Positions 1-8,786 of a stretch of DNA of 64,000 nucleotides are shown here, piece after piece. This DNA is from a virus. A program made the translations under genes and the position numbers. Where the stretch lies: positions 1 through 64,000 of IMG/VR virus record IMGVR_UViG_3300044475_000063. One strand, given 5' to 3'. The notes beneath the pieces are model-generated. The model saw only the letters and a list, made by a program, of their open reading frames with translations. It searched no databases and had not been told where the DNA came from. Each line of letters starts with the position of its first letter. Position 1 is the first letter of the stretch.

Positions 1-261
1 ACTTGACAGCGGCTTAGAGTATGAATGCGCTCCCGAAGTCTCGGTGGCGCTCGACAAGCTGCGCTCCGATGCTGCGGAAGCTGCAACCAAACTCGCGGCC
101 ATTCCAACCCTGACGGCAGAGCGCGATACGCTGAAAGCGCGTGTTGACGGCTTTGCGGCAGAACTGACTAAGGCTAAAGACGAAGGCAAGGCCGCTGGCC
201 GCGCCGAAGTTGAAGCTAAGGCCAAGCTGGATGCGGTTGCTACTGCATTCAAGATCGACGC
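1..261. repeat. 261-bp tract identical to 50011..50271 (edge of the large diverged duplication)
   Basis: Side-by-side reading gives no mismatch until position 262 (C here, T at 50272). Confidence 0.85.
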
Positions 262-514
262 CAAAGACATGACTGAGCGCCAAGTCAAGGAAGCGGTTAT
301 CAAAGCCGTTACCCCAGCGCTGAATCTGGACGGCAAAGACGACGCCTACATTGACGTTGCCTTCGCAATGGCCCAAGAGTTCAAAGGCGATGCAGCCATG
401 GCTAGCCAGCGCCAGCAAGCTCAACATCGTGCAGATGCTGGCGACGGCAACAAGGGCAGCATGTCGGCACGCGACAAGATGATCGCTCGTATGAACGATA
501 AGGAGAAGAAATAA
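1..514 (+). CDS. prohead scaffold/protease-like protein, C-terminal fragment (5' end upstream of window)
   Basis: Open from the window edge in the frame of ORF 44..514. Nt 1-261 are identical and the rest similar to the 3' end of the complete 363-aa ORF 49439..50530. A/K/E-rich coiled coil; directly upstream of capsid genes. Confidence 0.75.
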   Translation, partial: LDSGLEYECAPEVSVALDKLRSDAAEAATKLAAIPTLTAERDTLKARVDGFAAELTKAKDEGKAAGRAEVEAKAKLDAVATAFKIDAKDMTERQVKEAVIKAVTPALNLDGKDDAYIDVAFAMAQEFKGDAAMASQRQQAQHRADAGDGNKGSMSARDKMIARMNDKEKK

Positions 515-1002
515 TGCCTATCCCACAAACTACCTTCGGCCAGTATTCGGCTCCGGGTTTCGCCGGTCTGCTGTATGACTCGGGTTTCCGCGACACTATG
601 TCGTATTCGGCTGAAGGCGCGATTCCTTTCGGCTCGTTCGTTAAGCTGGGTACGAACAAAGAGCGCCAAGTGCTGGCCCCTACTACCGCTGTTGGTCAAG
701 CCGCGCTGCTGATTGGCGTAGCTGCTGCTAGCGCCATGGCAGAGCAAGCTTACCCTTCGACCGGTGCTGCTGCCGCCTACGCTGCAACCGAAACCGTATC
801 GGTACTGAAAGATGGCCGTATTTGGGTTCTGACCAATGATGCTGTAGCGGCTGGTGCTGTCGCTAACTTCGTGCTGGCTAACGGCACTGTTACCGACGAA
901 GCAGTTGCAGCCGGCATCGAAGCCTTCACGCAACTGACCGTGAAGTTTATCACCGGCACTCCCGCTGCTGGCCTCGCTGTTGTGGAGATTGCGCCAAAAT
1001 GA
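514..1002 (+). CDS. head decoration/cement-like protein
   Basis: 162 aa, Ala/Gly-rich, start overlaps the scaffold stop (ATAATG), sits between scaffold and major capsid. Paralog at 50530..51018. Function inferred from position. Confidence 0.55.
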   Translation: MPIPQTTFGQYSAPGFAGLLYDSGFRDTMSYSAEGAIPFGSFVKLGTNKERQVLAPTTAVGQAALLIGVAAASAMAEQAYPSTGAAAAYAATETVSVLKDGRIWVLTNDAVAAGAVANFVLANGTVTDEAVAAGIEAFTQLTVKFITGTPAAGLAVVEIAPK

Positions 1003-1979
1003 ACATGAAAACTGACCAAATGCACTACGATTCGACCGATCTGCGCATCATCGAAAACACCGGCCTGCTGAAAGCTGATGCGGGTGAATCGGTGTTCTTC
1101 GCTCGCCAATTGGAGTATGTGCGCTCCAAGACCTATGACGTTGAGTACGTCAACCTGTCGGCAATGGAACTGTTCCCGATTGATACCTCTGTGCCTGCTG
1201 GCGCAAAGACTATCACTTGGCGTCAGTGGGACGGTGTAGGCGCGGCTAAGATCATCGCTAACTATGCGGACGATCTGCCACGCGTTGACGTTCAAGCGCT
1301 GGAAATGACCACCCCAATCCGCTCGATTGGTGACAGCTACGGCTACGACGTGCAAGAGATTCGTTCGGCGCAGTTCGCCGGCGTGGCTCTGGACGCAAAG
1401 CGCGCTACCCAAGCTCGCAAGGTCATCGATCAGAAGTTCAATCAACTGGCATGGTTTGGCGACACCGCATCGGGCCTTCCGGGCTTCCTGTCGAACGCGA
1501 ATATCCCTGCTGTGGTTCTGGCTGCTGATGGTACTGGCTCGTCCAAGACCTTCGCAAGCAAAACGCCAGATCAGATCATCCGCGATATGAATGCTTTGGT
1601 GAACTCGATCTTCGTTACCACGAAGGGCATTCATCGCGCTAACGAACTGTGGATGCCTCTGGCTCAGTACGCATACATTAGCTCGACTGCTCGCAGCGCA
1701 ACCAGCGATACGACCATTCTCGACTTCTTCCTGGCTAACAATCCGTTCATTCAATCGGTCAAACCGATCTTTGAACTGACCGGCGCAGGTGCAGCCGGTG
1801 CTGATCGTATGGTAGCTGCTGAAAACAGCGCAGAGAACTACCAGATGAACATCACCATGCCGTTCATGCAGCACCCTCCACAGCCTCGCAACCTGTACTT
1901 TGAAGTTCCTTGCGAAGCCCGCTTTGGCGGCGTAACCATCGAACGTCCGCTGGCATTCGCTTACGCTGACGGCATCTAA
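999..1979 (+). CDS. major capsid protein (DUF2184-like)
   Basis: 326 aa, ATGA-coupled to the previous gene, followed by a strong terminator. Sequence recalled as the DUF2184-type phage capsid family. Paralog at 51015..51995. Confidence 0.8.
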   Translation: MNMKTDQMHYDSTDLRIIENTGLLKADAGESVFFARQLEYVRSKTYDVEYVNLSAMELFPIDTSVPAGAKTITWRQWDGVGAAKIIANYADDLPRVDVQALEMTTPIRSIGDSYGYDVQEIRSAQFAGVALDAKRATQARKVIDQKFNQLAWFGDTASGLPGFLSNANIPAVVLAADGTGSSKTFASKTPDQIIRDMNALVNSIFVTTKGIHRANELWMPLAQYAYISSTARSATSDTTILDFFLANNPFIQSVKPIFELTGAGAAGADRMVAAENSAENYQMNITMPFMQHPPQPRNLYFEVPCEARFGGVTIERPLAFAYADGI

Positions 1980-2007
1980 ACTCGCGTGATGGTGAGTGTG
2001 TAGCACT

Positions 2008-2036
2008 AGCCCGCCCTTCACCGGGCGGGCTTTTTA
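2008..2036 (+). terminator. intrinsic terminator after capsid gene
   Basis: AGCCCGCCC-ttcacc-GGGCGGGCT followed by a T run. Conserved at 52024..52051. Confidence 0.8.
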
Positions 2037-2051
2037 CTTTTGGGGAATTAC

Positions 2052-3674
2052 ATGGCACTGTTTGGGCGAACTAAAGCGCAAGCTCTAGCAACGATTGCGC
2101 GAAACAAAGACAAAAAAGGGCGTAAGAGAGTAGGCGGCGGATCGCAACCATCCGTGACTGTACCTGCTGCTCCTACTATTGGCACAGCGACTGTTGGCAA
2201 CGGTATGGCTTTTGTGCCTTACACGGATAACAGCGATGGCGGAGCCGTTATTACTTCGCATGACGTACAAATTTACAATGGCTCGGGCGTTCTCATTGGA
2301 ACGATTACCAACGTAGCCAATCCTGCCTTCCTGACCGCTGCTCAGGGGATTATTAACGGCTCTAGCTACTCATTCAAAGTTCGTGCAAACAACGAAAAAG
2401 GCCCTAGCGCTTATTCGTCTATGTCGAATATCGTAACGCCTGCAATCATCAATCCTGTGCTACCTACGGCTTATCTGATTGAGTCGTTTGAAGATACGGC
2501 AGGATTTACGATTGGCGGTGGCGCAACGCCAGCAATCAATCCTGATTGGAAGGTGCAAGGAACGAACTCGCTTAAGTTGACCGGCGCGCTCTCAAATGCA
2601 ACTGCAACCGCAACCAAAACCATCGCAGGAACGTTCGATCCTAAAGTACCGGGAACCATTGCGCTAATGGCTAATGTTGACCCATCCATGGCAGGGCAAG
2701 TTGTTCAGGCTGGCGCGGGCTTCGTAAAAGGAACTACGGCTACTATTTCTCCTTTGGCTGGTTACACGCAATCTCCACCTGCCTTGCGAACTGGCCCAGC
2801 TATCATTGCAGCAAGCATTGAAAAGGAAATGAACGCGATTTACGTTCAGGCTGCGGGAACGGGATATTCTTTGCGCGTATCTCAGTCTCAAGGCAGTTCG
2901 GGCGGATCAATTGTTAGCTATGACGGTATGATCGGTGGCGCACGAGGCATCCCAACTATCCTTATTGGCGCGGACGATCAATACAACGATCAATATACGT
3001 GGCTATATCAGCAACATTTGGCTAGGGGCATTCCTTTTAACATCAATATCGCTCGTGATGTTATCGGTACGGCTAACCGCTTCACCGAAGCACAATTCAA
3101 TGAAATGTTTGCTTCGGGGATTGTGGGAATTGGGCTTAATGGCACTTGCAACGATGCTGCTTGCGACCAAAACGACGTTGTGGCAGCGACGACTGGCAGC
3201 AACGGCATTATCGCCAATCAGGACTATGTTGTATCTAAAGGTTGGATCACTGACCGGACGAAGCTAGTCATGGGCTGCTGGCCGTTCGGCACATGGTCAG
3301 AGGCACTTTGCGTTGCATTTGAAAATGCCGGTATCAAACACATGCGCACTACGCAACCGGGTGTGCAGCTTGGCAATATGCACACTCGATTTGGCCGAAC
3401 CCCTCAATGGATGACCGCATGGACGTACTCAATGGGGGGCAAGACTGAGGCGCAACTAAAAGCTGCGTATGATCTGTGCAAAGCTGGCGGTTACACGCTG
3501 AATCTGTTCGGGCATCACTGGTATGAAACTCCGGGCGCATCTGATGTAAGCCAGGCAGCCTATATTGCGCTACTTGATTACATGATGCCAGATATTATTG
3601 CTGGCACCGTGCAAGTGCTGAAGTTCCAAGACTGGATTGCACGAGACGGAAACAATACTTTCCCGGTATTGTAA
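2052..3674 (+). CDS. virion-associated multidomain protein: basic N-terminal leader + FN3-like + beta-sandwich + polysaccharide-deacetylase-like C-terminus
   Basis: ATG at 2052 after GGGG. N-terminal 30 aa are shared with 52068..53414. An FN3-like segment (..SSYSFKVRANNEKGPS..) follows, then IGADDQY and FGHHW motifs suggest a NodB-type esterase (weak). Confidence 0.55.
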   Translation: MALFGRTKAQALATIARNKDKKGRKRVGGGSQPSVTVPAAPTIGTATVGNGMAFVPYTDNSDGGAVITSHDVQIYNGSGVLIGTITNVANPAFLTAAQGIINGSSYSFKVRANNEKGPSAYSSMSNIVTPAIINPVLPTAYLIESFEDTAGFTIGGGATPAINPDWKVQGTNSLKLTGALSNATATATKTIAGTFDPKVPGTIALMANVDPSMAGQVVQAGAGFVKGTTATISPLAGYTQSPPALRTGPAIIAASIEKEMNAIYVQAAGTGYSLRVSQSQGSSGGSIVSYDGMIGGARGIPTILIGADDQYNDQYTWLYQQHLARGIPFNINIARDVIGTANRFTEAQFNEMFASGIVGIGLNGTCNDAACDQNDVVAATTGSNGIIANQDYVVSKGWITDRTKLVMGCWPFGTWSEALCVAFENAGIKHMRTTQPGVQLGNMHTRFGRTPQWMTAWTYSMGGKTEAQLKAAYDLCKAGGYTLNLFGHHWYETPGASDVSQAAYIALLDYMMPDIIAGTVQVLKFQDWIARDGNNTFPVL

Positions 3675-3743
3675 GTTAAAGCCTAGCTTCGGCTAGGTGA
3701 TATCATATTGACGCTTCAATCTCCATCACAAAAAGGAAATGAA

Positions 3744-4031
3744 ATGAAAATCGAAAACATTAGCGCACGTCTTTACACTCTTTCGGATGGTACTAAGCTG
3801 ATCCCTAACGAAACTACCAAAGGCGTTTCTGACAGTCTTTTAAAAGAAGTCGAGGGAATCAAAGAACTGAAGGTGACGCAAGAAACCAAGGCTCAAGAAG
3901 TCGAGTTCAAGGAAGTACCAAATACCGTCAAGGAACTGAAAGCGGCGCTCGATGGTCTGAATGTTGAGTACGCATCGAATGCCGACAAGGCCGAACTGCA
4001 AGCCCTGTACGACGAAAACAAAGCCAAGTAA
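3744..4031 (+). CDS. hypothetical structural-module protein (95 aa)
   Basis: The ATG at 3744 matches the start of paralog 53485..53772. K/E-rich. Confidence 0.6.
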   Translation: MKIENISARLYTLSDGTKLIPNETTKGVSDSLLKEVEGIKELKVTQETKAQEVEFKEVPNTVKELKAALDGLNVEYASNADKAELQALYDENKAK

Positions 4032-4033
4032 TC

Positions 4034-4453
4034 ATGACGACCGCGCTGGAATATTTTCGCATCATTGGCAAGCAGTTCGCCGCCCTTTCTGATGCTGAAG
4101 TGCAAGTATGGCTAGATCTGGCTACGACGCTTGGCGCTGCCGGTTGTCTCTTGGGCGATCCGGCCAACCTTGCAACGGCGCTTTATGCTGCGCACCTGCT
4201 GCAACTTGATGCGGAAAATTCCACCGGAGAAGGCGGGCGCGGGCCTGTAAAGTCGGAGAAAGAAGGCGACTTGGCCCGCTCCTATGGCACTAGCGGCTAT
4301 ACCGATGGCTGGCTAGGTTCTACCGGTTACGGCCAGCAATATTCAAACATGCAGCTTGGATGCACGGGCGCTACGATCATGACGCGCTACGGCTTGGAAG
4401 TTCCACAAGGAATCGAGGTAATCAATGGCCTCCCGCCATACTACAGACCGTGA
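4034..4453 (+). CDS. head completion/head-tail connector protein (DUF4054-like)
   Basis: 139 aa; N-terminal pattern EYFRIIGKQFAALSDAEV recalled as DUF4054. Position and paralog 53775..54194 support the call. Confidence 0.55.
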   Translation: MTTALEYFRIIGKQFAALSDAEVQVWLDLATTLGAAGCLLGDPANLATALYAAHLLQLDAENSTGEGGRGPVKSEKEGDLARSYGTSGYTDGWLGSTGYGQQYSNMQLGCTGATIMTRYGLEVPQGIEVINGLPPYYRP

Positions 4454-4883
4454 TTTGGGCCTAAAGCGCTTCATGCGAGAGCTTCAGAAGGCGAAAGTCA
4501 CTGAGGTTGTAGTGGGCGTTCAGCAAGGCTCAGATAACGCCGAGGGCGAGTCTATCGCAGAGTATGCTGCATACAACGAGTTCGGCACAGAAAAGATTCC
4601 TGAGCGCTCGTTTATGCGCTCTGCGTTTGACGAGAATGTGAACGACCTAAGCCGCCAGCTTGATCGAAGCTATGCGCAGATTCAGGCCGGTACGATGACG
4701 GTTTATCGTGCGCTTGGATTAGTGGGATTGCGCCATCAGGACCAGATTCAGCACAAGATTGATACGAACGTGCCTCCGCCTAATGCGCCATCGACAATTG
4801 CCGCTAAAGGCTCAAGCCACACGCTGATTGACACAGGTGCTATGCGCGCATCCATCCGATACATTATCAGGCCAGTACGATGA
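4425..4883 (+). CDS. HK97 gp10-like head-tail joining protein
   Basis: 152 aa; resembles 46200..46685 in this window (GLKK/GLKR.., EFGT.. motifs). Paralog at 54166..54624. Confidence 0.5.
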   Translation: MASRHTTDRDLGLKRFMRELQKAKVTEVVVGVQQGSDNAEGESIAEYAAYNEFGTEKIPERSFMRSAFDENVNDLSRQLDRSYAQIQAGTMTVYRALGLVGLRHQDQIQHKIDTNVPPPNAPSTIAAKGSSHTLIDTGAMRASIRYIIRPVR

Positions 4884-5218
4884 GTTTTAGAAAGCCACAA
4901 ACGATTATCCGCACTACGCCGGGACAGTATGTCGATGGCAAGTGGGTAGAAGGCGTACAAGTTACTGTGCCTATTTTGGCATCGGTTCAGCCTGTAACGG
5001 CAGAAGATCAGATCGTCATGCCAGCCGGTAAGCGGCTTTCGGATTACGTAAAAGCTTACACCTCAACCGAGTTAATCCCATTGAGCGAAGGCAGCGAACA
5101 ACAGCCAGATCGTCTTGTGTGGCGTGGGAAAGAATATGAGTGCATAGAGTTGGGCGTGCGTCAGATGAACGTGATTAACCATTACCGCGCAGTTTTCTCA
5201 TTGGTGCAACAATCATGA
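4880..5218 (+). CDS. neck/tail-completion protein (hypothetical)
   Basis: ATGA-coupled, 112 aa. Paralog at 54621..54959. Confidence 0.55.
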   Translation: MSFRKPQTIIRTTPGQYVDGKWVEGVQVTVPILASVQPVTAEDQIVMPAGKRLSDYVKAYTSTELIPLSEGSEQQPDRLVWRGKEYECIELGVRQMNVINHYRAVFSLVQQS

Positions 5219-5733
5219 TTTCAGATACCGTATTGCAGCGCCTAATCGTTCAGATAAGCGGAGAGCCATCCGGCAAAGTTATCTGGATGAATGAGAACGC
5301 GCCACGCCCTGTCTTGCCTTATTTGGCTATTCGGGTTAGTCCTGCGCGCCGCGTCAACAAAGATCGCTATTCGGACGTTGATGCGAACGGGATTCAGACC
5401 GTAGTAGGCGACCGAGAATTTACCTTGAGTGTGCAAGCATTCGGCTACGATAGCCCTGTCTCGTACCTTCAAGACTTTGCCGACAAGCTTCAACTAATCA
5501 CGAACAATTACCGCTTCAGCGCCCAAGGCATGGCATTGCGCGATACAAGCACGGTTATGGATATTTCGTCTCTGTTGAGCAATACGAAGATCGAGAAGCG
5601 CGCCAATCTGGATTTGACTATCGGCTATCGCTCGGTGCAGACGGATAACGTCGGCGTCATTGAGACGGCGAACATCGAGGGGCGCGACAATGGTATCAAT
5701 TCGCCCGTTTATACCATCATCGCTGACGTTTAA
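5215..5733 (+). CDS. neck/tail terminator-like protein (hypothetical)
   Basis: ATGA-coupled, 172 aa, last gene before the sheath. Paralog at 54956..55474. Confidence 0.55.
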   Translation: MISDTVLQRLIVQISGEPSGKVIWMNENAPRPVLPYLAIRVSPARRVNKDRYSDVDANGIQTVVGDREFTLSVQAFGYDSPVSYLQDFADKLQLITNNYRFSAQGMALRDTSTVMDISSLLSNTKIEKRANLDLTIGYRSVQTDNVGVIETANIEGRDNGINSPVYTIIADV

Positions 5734-6164
5734 ATTTTTACTTGAGGCTCCTTTGCCCATTTTTCTCGGAGCCTTTTTCTTTTTTCTGCCTCACATATTG
5801 AGCAATACCTTTGCTTACCATACTTCCTATCGTACGGATGACCTTTCGAGCAGTGAGTTTTTTGAGAATTAATGTATGGAAGTGAGCAGCTATCTTTCAT
5901 CACATTTTCATATTTCGTAATTGCCTTTAAGTGCTGTGGATTTACACAATTACGATTCCTACAAGTGTGATTTATAACTAGACCATCATCAATAGGGCCA
6001 TGTGCAATGAAATATGCTACTCGATGCGCACGGCGAGTCTTTCTCATTAAGAAGAATGTACCGTAACCATCTTTGTCTAAAGGCCCCTTCCATATATGGC
6101 ATTGACCCACGACAGACCATTTTGCATTGAACCTTTCGCAATCTTTGCTACTTAAATGAGACAT
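5730..6164 (-). CDS. HNH homing endonuclease
   Basis: Motifs CHIWKGPLDKDGYG...AHRVAY...HTCRNRNCVNPQHL. AT-rich, opposite strand, absent from the equivalent site in copy 2. Confidence 0.85.
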   Translation of the reverse strand: MSHLSSKDCERFNAKWSVVGQCHIWKGPLDKDGYGTFFLMRKTRRAHRVAYFIAHGPIDDGLVINHTCRNRNCVNPQHLKAITKYENVMKDSCSLPYINSQKTHCSKGHPYDRKYGKQRYCSICEAEKRKRLREKWAKEPQVKI

Positions 6165-6239
6165 AAAAACTCCCTATAAATGTAGTTGATCTCAAATGGT
6201 AGCATGGATATACATGGTGCGCAACTAGTTCAGTTTAAC
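5736..6239 (-). mobile_element. free-standing HNH endonuclease cassette (about 0.5-kb insertion relative to copy 2)
   Basis: Flanks align with copy 2 (..gtttaaat | ..caatt(t)gttttt..), where only about 9 nt (55477-55485) occupy the site. The cassette carries its own candidate promoter TTGCGC-17-TACCAT and an RBS. Confidence 0.65.
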
Positions 6240-6257
6240 CAATTTGTTTTGACTATG

Positions 6258-6289
6258 GAAATTAAAGGTATAATCAGTTTTATCTAAAA
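6258..6289 (+). promoter_or_regulatory. conserved block with TATAAT (6269-6274) upstream of sheath gene
   Basis: gaaattaaaggTATAATcagttttatctaaa is identical at 55504..55535. No good -35 is present, so it may need an activator. Confidence 0.35.
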
Positions 6290-6311
6290 CCACACATATA
6301 GGACGCCGAGA

Positions 6312-7643
6312 ATGGCTACTCTTGCAGATATTGTCAATGTGGAAATTAGTCTCAACACTGCATCTGTGCAGCGTGGCAATTTCGGCATTCCATTGATCGC
6401 CGCTCCGCTGGCATCGTTCGCGGAGCGAGTACGCAGTTACACCGATTACGATTCGACTAACCCTGATAATCTGCCGCCTTCGGTGATGACGGCGCTTTCT
6501 GACGCATTTGCGCAAACGCCTCGTCCTGCGGTGGTTAAGGTTGGCCGTCTGAGCATTGCGAGCGTGATTGTCACGCCTGTGGACGCAGTAGGCAACGCTG
6601 TCTATTCTCTGAAAGTAGGCGACCAGCTAGTTTCGGTTACTGCGATTGCTTCGCCAACCACTACGACTATTGCGGCTCAACTCGCCACTGCGATTAACAC
6701 CGCTTTGGGTTCGGCGGGAACTGCTACCGCCTCCGCTGCAAACGTGACCATCACCTATAGCGGTGCGGTTGTCCCTCTGACTGCCTTCTCGCGTGTCCAG
6801 TTCGGTGCAATTGCGCCATCGGTAACTGCTAATATCCTGACTACTGATCTTGGCGCGATTCAAGCCGCTGATAGTGCTTGGTACTTCCTGCTGATGACTG
6901 AGCGTACCAAGACCCGAGTTTTGGAAGCTGCTGCTTGGGTTGAGACGCAAGACAAGATGTTCTTCACTGCTTCTGATGAGGCGGGTATCTTGACGCAAGG
7001 CGGAACTACCGATTTGCTGGCTCAACTTAAGGCGCTGAACTACTTCCGTACAGTCGGCGCATACCATAGCACCGCTGCGACCGAATACGCAGATGCAGCA
7101 TGGGTTGGCCGTGTGTCGCCGCTTGCTCCCGGCTCTGAAACTTGGGCTAATATGACGCTTGCTAGCGTCACTAGCGACAATATCTCCAAGACTCAACAAA
7201 TTACGATTTTCGGCAAAGGCGGAAATACCTTTGAGCGCTACAGCGATCAATTCTCGCTGACCAATCCGGGTAAGGTAGAGGCTGGTGAGTGGATCGACGT
7301 TATCCGCTTCCGCGATTGGCTGAAGGATTACATTCAGACGAGCATGGTTCAACTGATGGTGAATCGTGACAAGATTCCTTACACCGATGCAGGTATCCAA
7401 CTGCTGGCAACCAATCTGCGCGCATCGCTGCGCCAAGGTCAAACGGTAGGTGGCATTGCTCCCGATGAAACCGCAGAGGATGGAACTAAGCGTCCTGGCT
7501 TCAACGTTACCGCGCCTCGCGCTTCGGAAGTTGATGACGCAACCAAAGCTTCTCGTGTCGTTAATCTGAAATTTAACGCCCGCATCGCTGGTGCAATCCA
7601 TGTAGCCGAAATTACCGGCGCTCTGGCTTACAGCCTTGACTAA
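6312..7643 (+). CDS. tail sheath protein (DUF3383-like)
   Basis: 443 aa, immediately before the tube and chaperone genes. Paralog at 55559..56890. Confidence 0.8.
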   Translation: MATLADIVNVEISLNTASVQRGNFGIPLIAAPLASFAERVRSYTDYDSTNPDNLPPSVMTALSDAFAQTPRPAVVKVGRLSIASVIVTPVDAVGNAVYSLKVGDQLVSVTAIASPTTTTIAAQLATAINTALGSAGTATASAANVTITYSGAVVPLTAFSRVQFGAIAPSVTANILTTDLGAIQAADSAWYFLLMTERTKTRVLEAAAWVETQDKMFFTASDEAGILTQGGTTDLLAQLKALNYFRTVGAYHSTAATEYADAAWVGRVSPLAPGSETWANMTLASVTSDNISKTQQITIFGKGGNTFERYSDQFSLTNPGKVEAGEWIDVIRFRDWLKDYIQTSMVQLMVNRDKIPYTDAGIQLLATNLRASLRQGQTVGGIAPDETAEDGTKRPGFNVTAPRASEVDDATKASRVVNLKFNARIAGAIHVAEITGALAYSLD

Positions 7644-7657
7644 TCAGGAGAAAATAA

Positions 7658-8086
7658 ATGAGTGCAGGTGATTTGCAACGTACTTATGACCCACAACAGG
7701 TAATCATTACTGTTGGCGGCGTCATCGTTAGCGGCTTCGGGGATGGTGACTTCATCACCGTAAGCTATGATGAAGAACGATACAATTCCAAAGCAGGCGC
7801 AGATGGCGAAGTGGCCCGAGCCAAGAATGCTAACCGCATGGGTACTTTTGAAATGACCCTTTCTGCTACTAGCGCTGCGAATGCTGAACTGTCGGCGCTG
7901 TTCAATCTGGAAATGCTCGGCGGTTTTGACGTAGTTCTGCCTGTAGCAGTCGCTGACTTGTCGGGTACTTCGGGGGCTTTCGCTTCTAAGTGCTGGATTA
8001 AGCAAGCGCCGGAATTTACCCGTGGGAAAGATGTTGCCGATGCCGTATGGCAGATCGCTGCATCCGACCTTACCATTTCGTACTAA
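7658..8086 (+). CDS. tail tube protein (DUF3277-like)
   Basis: 142 aa after the sheath, RBS AGGAG. Paralog at 56905..57333. Confidence 0.75.
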   Translation: MSAGDLQRTYDPQQVIITVGGVIVSGFGDGDFITVSYDEERYNSKAGADGEVARAKNANRMGTFEMTLSATSAANAELSALFNLEMLGGFDVVLPVAVADLSGTSGAFASKCWIKQAPEFTRGKDVADAVWQIAASDLTISY

Positions 8087-8114
8087 GTAGTAACCTCACC
8101 ATCACGGAGAACAA

Positions 8115-8576
8115 ATGCAACGCGAAATTTTTATCATCGGTAACAAAGAATTCTCGGCAATCAAGATCGCGCCGTTTCAGGCAAACTCTATTGCTATGAA
8201 GCTGCAAAAGATTATCCTTCCTGTGCTGGGTGAGTTCACGGGCGGCGGCAAAGGCAACTTGATGGATATGGACATCAGCGGACCGCTTAAAACGCTGTCT
8301 GAGAGCCTTGACGATAAGGTTATGACTGATATCGTACTGCCGATGTTTAAAGCCTCTGGCGTGGTTTGCGTAACAGATACCGTAAAGGTTGATTGCGAAA
8401 CCAATATCAACAAAGTATTCGTTGATGCGGATGGCCTTGCAGACCTGTATGAACTGATTTACGAAGTCGCTATGTTCAATTTCAAGCCTTTTTTTATCAA
8501 GCTGAAGGACCGCTTTGGAGCCAGCGTTACCGCAGCAAATCCAGCGGCATTGACTTCAGCCGTTGCGGCAGCCTAA
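8115..8576 (+). CDS. tail assembly chaperone (G-type, zero-frame product)
   Basis: 153 aa between tube and tape measure; contains a slippery heptamer. Confidence 0.7.
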   Translation: MQREIFIIGNKEFSAIKIAPFQANSIAMKLQKIILPVLGEFTGGGKGNLMDMDISGPLKTLSESLDDKVMTDIVLPMFKASGVVCVTDTVKVDCETNINKVFVDADGLADLYELIYEVAMFNFKPFFIKLKDRFGASVTAANPAALTSAVAAA

Positions 8577-8758
8577 GTCCATCGCTTGAAAAAGAGTTGT
8601 GGATATGGCGTCCAATTCTAGCGGGCAAATGCACTCTAGAAGGCGTTTTAAATGGATTGGTAGGCGTTGAAGAACTTCTAAAGCTAAACGCATTATTGGA
8701 TATGTCAGAAGCCTACCAAGCCTATGCAGATGAGAAATCAAAAAGCAGCCGGAAATGA
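8115..8758 (+). CDS. tail assembly chaperone, -1 frameshift fusion (G-T type, about 214 aa)
   Basis: The -1 frame is open from T_TTT_TTT (8489-8495) to TGA 8756-8758 (87 codons, no stop). The extension is conserved at aa level in copy 2. Confidence 0.6.
8489..8495 (+). promoter_or_regulatory. -1 programmed frameshift slippery heptamer T_TTT_TTT
   Basis: The zero-frame reads cct ttt ttt atc. An identical site occurs at 57736..57742. Confidence 0.6.
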
Positions 8759-8772
8759 CCGGCTGTTTTTTT
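8746..8772 (+). terminator. intrinsic terminator overlapping the stop of the frameshift product
   Basis: CAGCCGG-aaatga-CCGGCTG followed by T7. Conserved at 57993..58019. Confidence 0.7.
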
Positions 8773-8786
8773 AGGAGATATGCACG

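Noticed and set aside
777-2021. 414-aa minus-strand ORF covering the capsid gene. Similar long antisense ORFs occur at 6627..7601, 50766..51461, 51486..52037 and 56168..56848.
   Set aside because: They lie opposite well-supported, operon-coupled structural genes that are conserved as protein between the two copies. Their translations are Arg/Ser/His-rich with no RBS or coupling, which is typical of shadow ORFs.
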